A DNA stretch of 64,000 nucleotides from assembly GCF_030028105.1 (NCBI RefSeq), contig NC_092377.1, positions 49,602,952 to 49,666,951 of the forward strand, given 5' to 3'. Positions within the stretch are counted from its first letter, which is position 1; the number at the start of each line of letters is the position of its first letter. This document shows, in pieces, positions 62,382-64,000 of this stretch. Made by a program: the position numbers and the translations under genes. Under the pieces are notes generated by a model. That model was given only the letters and a program-made list of their open reading frames with translations, did no database searches and had not been told where the DNA came from. This stretch comes from Mobula birostris. Its lineage: Eukaryota.

Positions 62382-62930
62382 AAAAATTTTTTTTTTGCTC
62401 AGCATAACAAAACTTTCAATTTACAGATACATTTACATTTCTTCCCCTCCCAGATGTCAGCTATCAGAATAATTCCATCAAAATATAGACATCACCCCAA
62501 CATTCTATACAAAAGTCCTTATTGGTATAGCAGACAGGTTTACATCTACATACTACAGAAAAGGATGCCATGTTTTATGAAAACTATTTGTTTTTGAGTG
62601 TACCATACATGTCAAAAAGTCCAAAGGAATGTATTCCATGATTAATTTAAGCCAACCAGAAAGTCCAGGGGCCTTATCGGATATCCATCAAAGTAAAATA
62701 TTCTTCCTCACACAAAAAGTCAGGATGTTAAGAAGTTTTTTCCAATATGCTGGGTAATAATACGACTGCTGGGTAAGCCTAAGAGAAAAGACACTGGGTC
62801 CAGTTCAAGCTCCATCTTCAGAATCTTTTCCATTTCACTCAAAATATCACTCCAGTATGCCTGAAGTTTGGGAAAAATCCAAAAACAGTGGGTGAAAGTT
62901 CCATTAATTTAACAGGAATTTACACATCTT
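62382..62930 (-). mobile_element. L1-like ORF2 C-terminus and poly(A) tail
   Basis: Minus strand reads GTFTHCFWIFPKLQAYWSDI (L1 C-terminal motif). The T-run near 62387 corresponds to the poly(A). Confidence 0.65.
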
Positions 62931-63814
62931 ACCACAGACATGGTTGATGTGAATTAATGTCCAGTCAGGCAAGTGGGTAGGTTGTGGTAGCTGCTTTCAA
63001 AAAAATCTTCGTGTATATCAACCAGTATTCAAACAAAATAATTGCAAGAATGTAAAATATAAATTGAAAAACTACAAGAACATCAGTTCTTTTCCTAAGA
63101 ACTGATAAATTCGTCAGATTTCTAGTACCAGTTTGCACGCATCATCACAAAGTTATAGTTGAACTGGTGAAAGCCTAAGAACTGCAATACACCAGAAAAA
63201 ATGGGCTAAGTCCTGCCTGTCCTACATAGAGTAGACAGAATCTAGGTCAAGTAAACACTAGTAGAGACCTTAAGTAACTGACCTCAAACAAAATCTTTTC
63301 TGCGTTGGAGAAAATTATTAGGGCTATGGTTTGTGGAGATGAGGGATGAGTGAAAGGGCAGAGAGAGGAATGATTAGGAACATTGGAAGAAGGGAAATTG
63401 TGAGAAGCATTGGCTTCAGATGATGGAATGTGCTTGTCAGGTAATGCAAGGGTTGGATGAGTGTGGGTCATCCTCAGACGTGACTGGGGTCAGAGGTGAT
63501 AGGTCAGTTCAGGCCAGCAGCCAGGAATCAACGTCAACAGCCAGAAGTGGAACAAAATGTTAAATCATATACTTGAAAGGAGAGCTACCCACATGATAAT
63601 GAATGCCTTGAATTCCATGGTCAGGCATGCATTGTTCTCTCCAGCTAATATTAATGAGGCTTCACCTCTCCATTCAAGATCTGCTTCAGTGTATGGCTCA
63701 CACCATTCATCAGCCTCTGATATGTGTAAACGCCAGCTTGAGTCGCTATTTCTCTGGCACACTAAACTCTAGCTATGTATGAGTTTAAGAAATGATTGCA
63801 CTTACAGAAGATTT

Positions 63815-64000
63815 GGGGGCACCGTGGTGGTGCAGCAGTTAACATGGCACTATTGCAGCTCAGTGCTCCGGAATTCAGAGTTCATATCCATATCTGTAAG
63901 GAGTTTGCACATCCTCCCCATGAATGCATGGCTTTCCTCCAGATGCTTTGCTTTCCTCCCACAGTCCAAAGACTGGTTAGTAGGCTAATTGATCATTGTC
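63815..64000 (+). mobile_element. V-SINE (HE1-like), runs off the window end
   Basis: tRNA-like head GGGGCACCGTGGTG...GAGTTC, then V-domain GGAGTTTGCAC...TTTCCTCC...TTTCCTCCCACAGTCCAAAGAC. Confidence 0.8.

Overview
Vertebrate genomic DNA, very probably from a cartilaginous fish (ray or shark); this is inferred from HE1-type V-SINEs and dense CR1, Penelope and Rex/Babar repeats. It holds the tatdn3-nsl1-batf3 cluster, in the same order and orientation as human 1q32.3. tatdn3 coding exon 1 (minus, 9113-9166) is head-to-head with a complete 6-exon nsl1 (9508-25228, 248 aa), followed by a complete 3-exon batf3 (30439-51058, 130 aa, 20.1-kb intron 2). The rest is mostly transposon-derived: CR1, Rex/Babar, L1, Penelope-like, Helitron, TcMar, hAT and PIF/Harbinger elements, many nested and with readable target-site duplications (TSDs). 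Five observations stand out. (1) Many Penelope-borne minimal hammerhead ribozymes are present, two with intact cores on the sense strand of nsl1 and batf3 introns. (2) A two-copy mosaic MITE is built from hAT, Tigger and Harbinger pieces whose donor families are also in the window. (3) A Helitron>Penelope>hAT nest sits in nsl1 intron 3. (4) A TATA/Kozak-led 45-aa hydrophobic, loosely sarcolipin-like ORF in batf3 intron 2 appears only when a Penelope insertion is removed. (5) BATF3 has a probable frameshifted C-terminus. All calls are by eye; repeat boundaries without a TSD are approximate.
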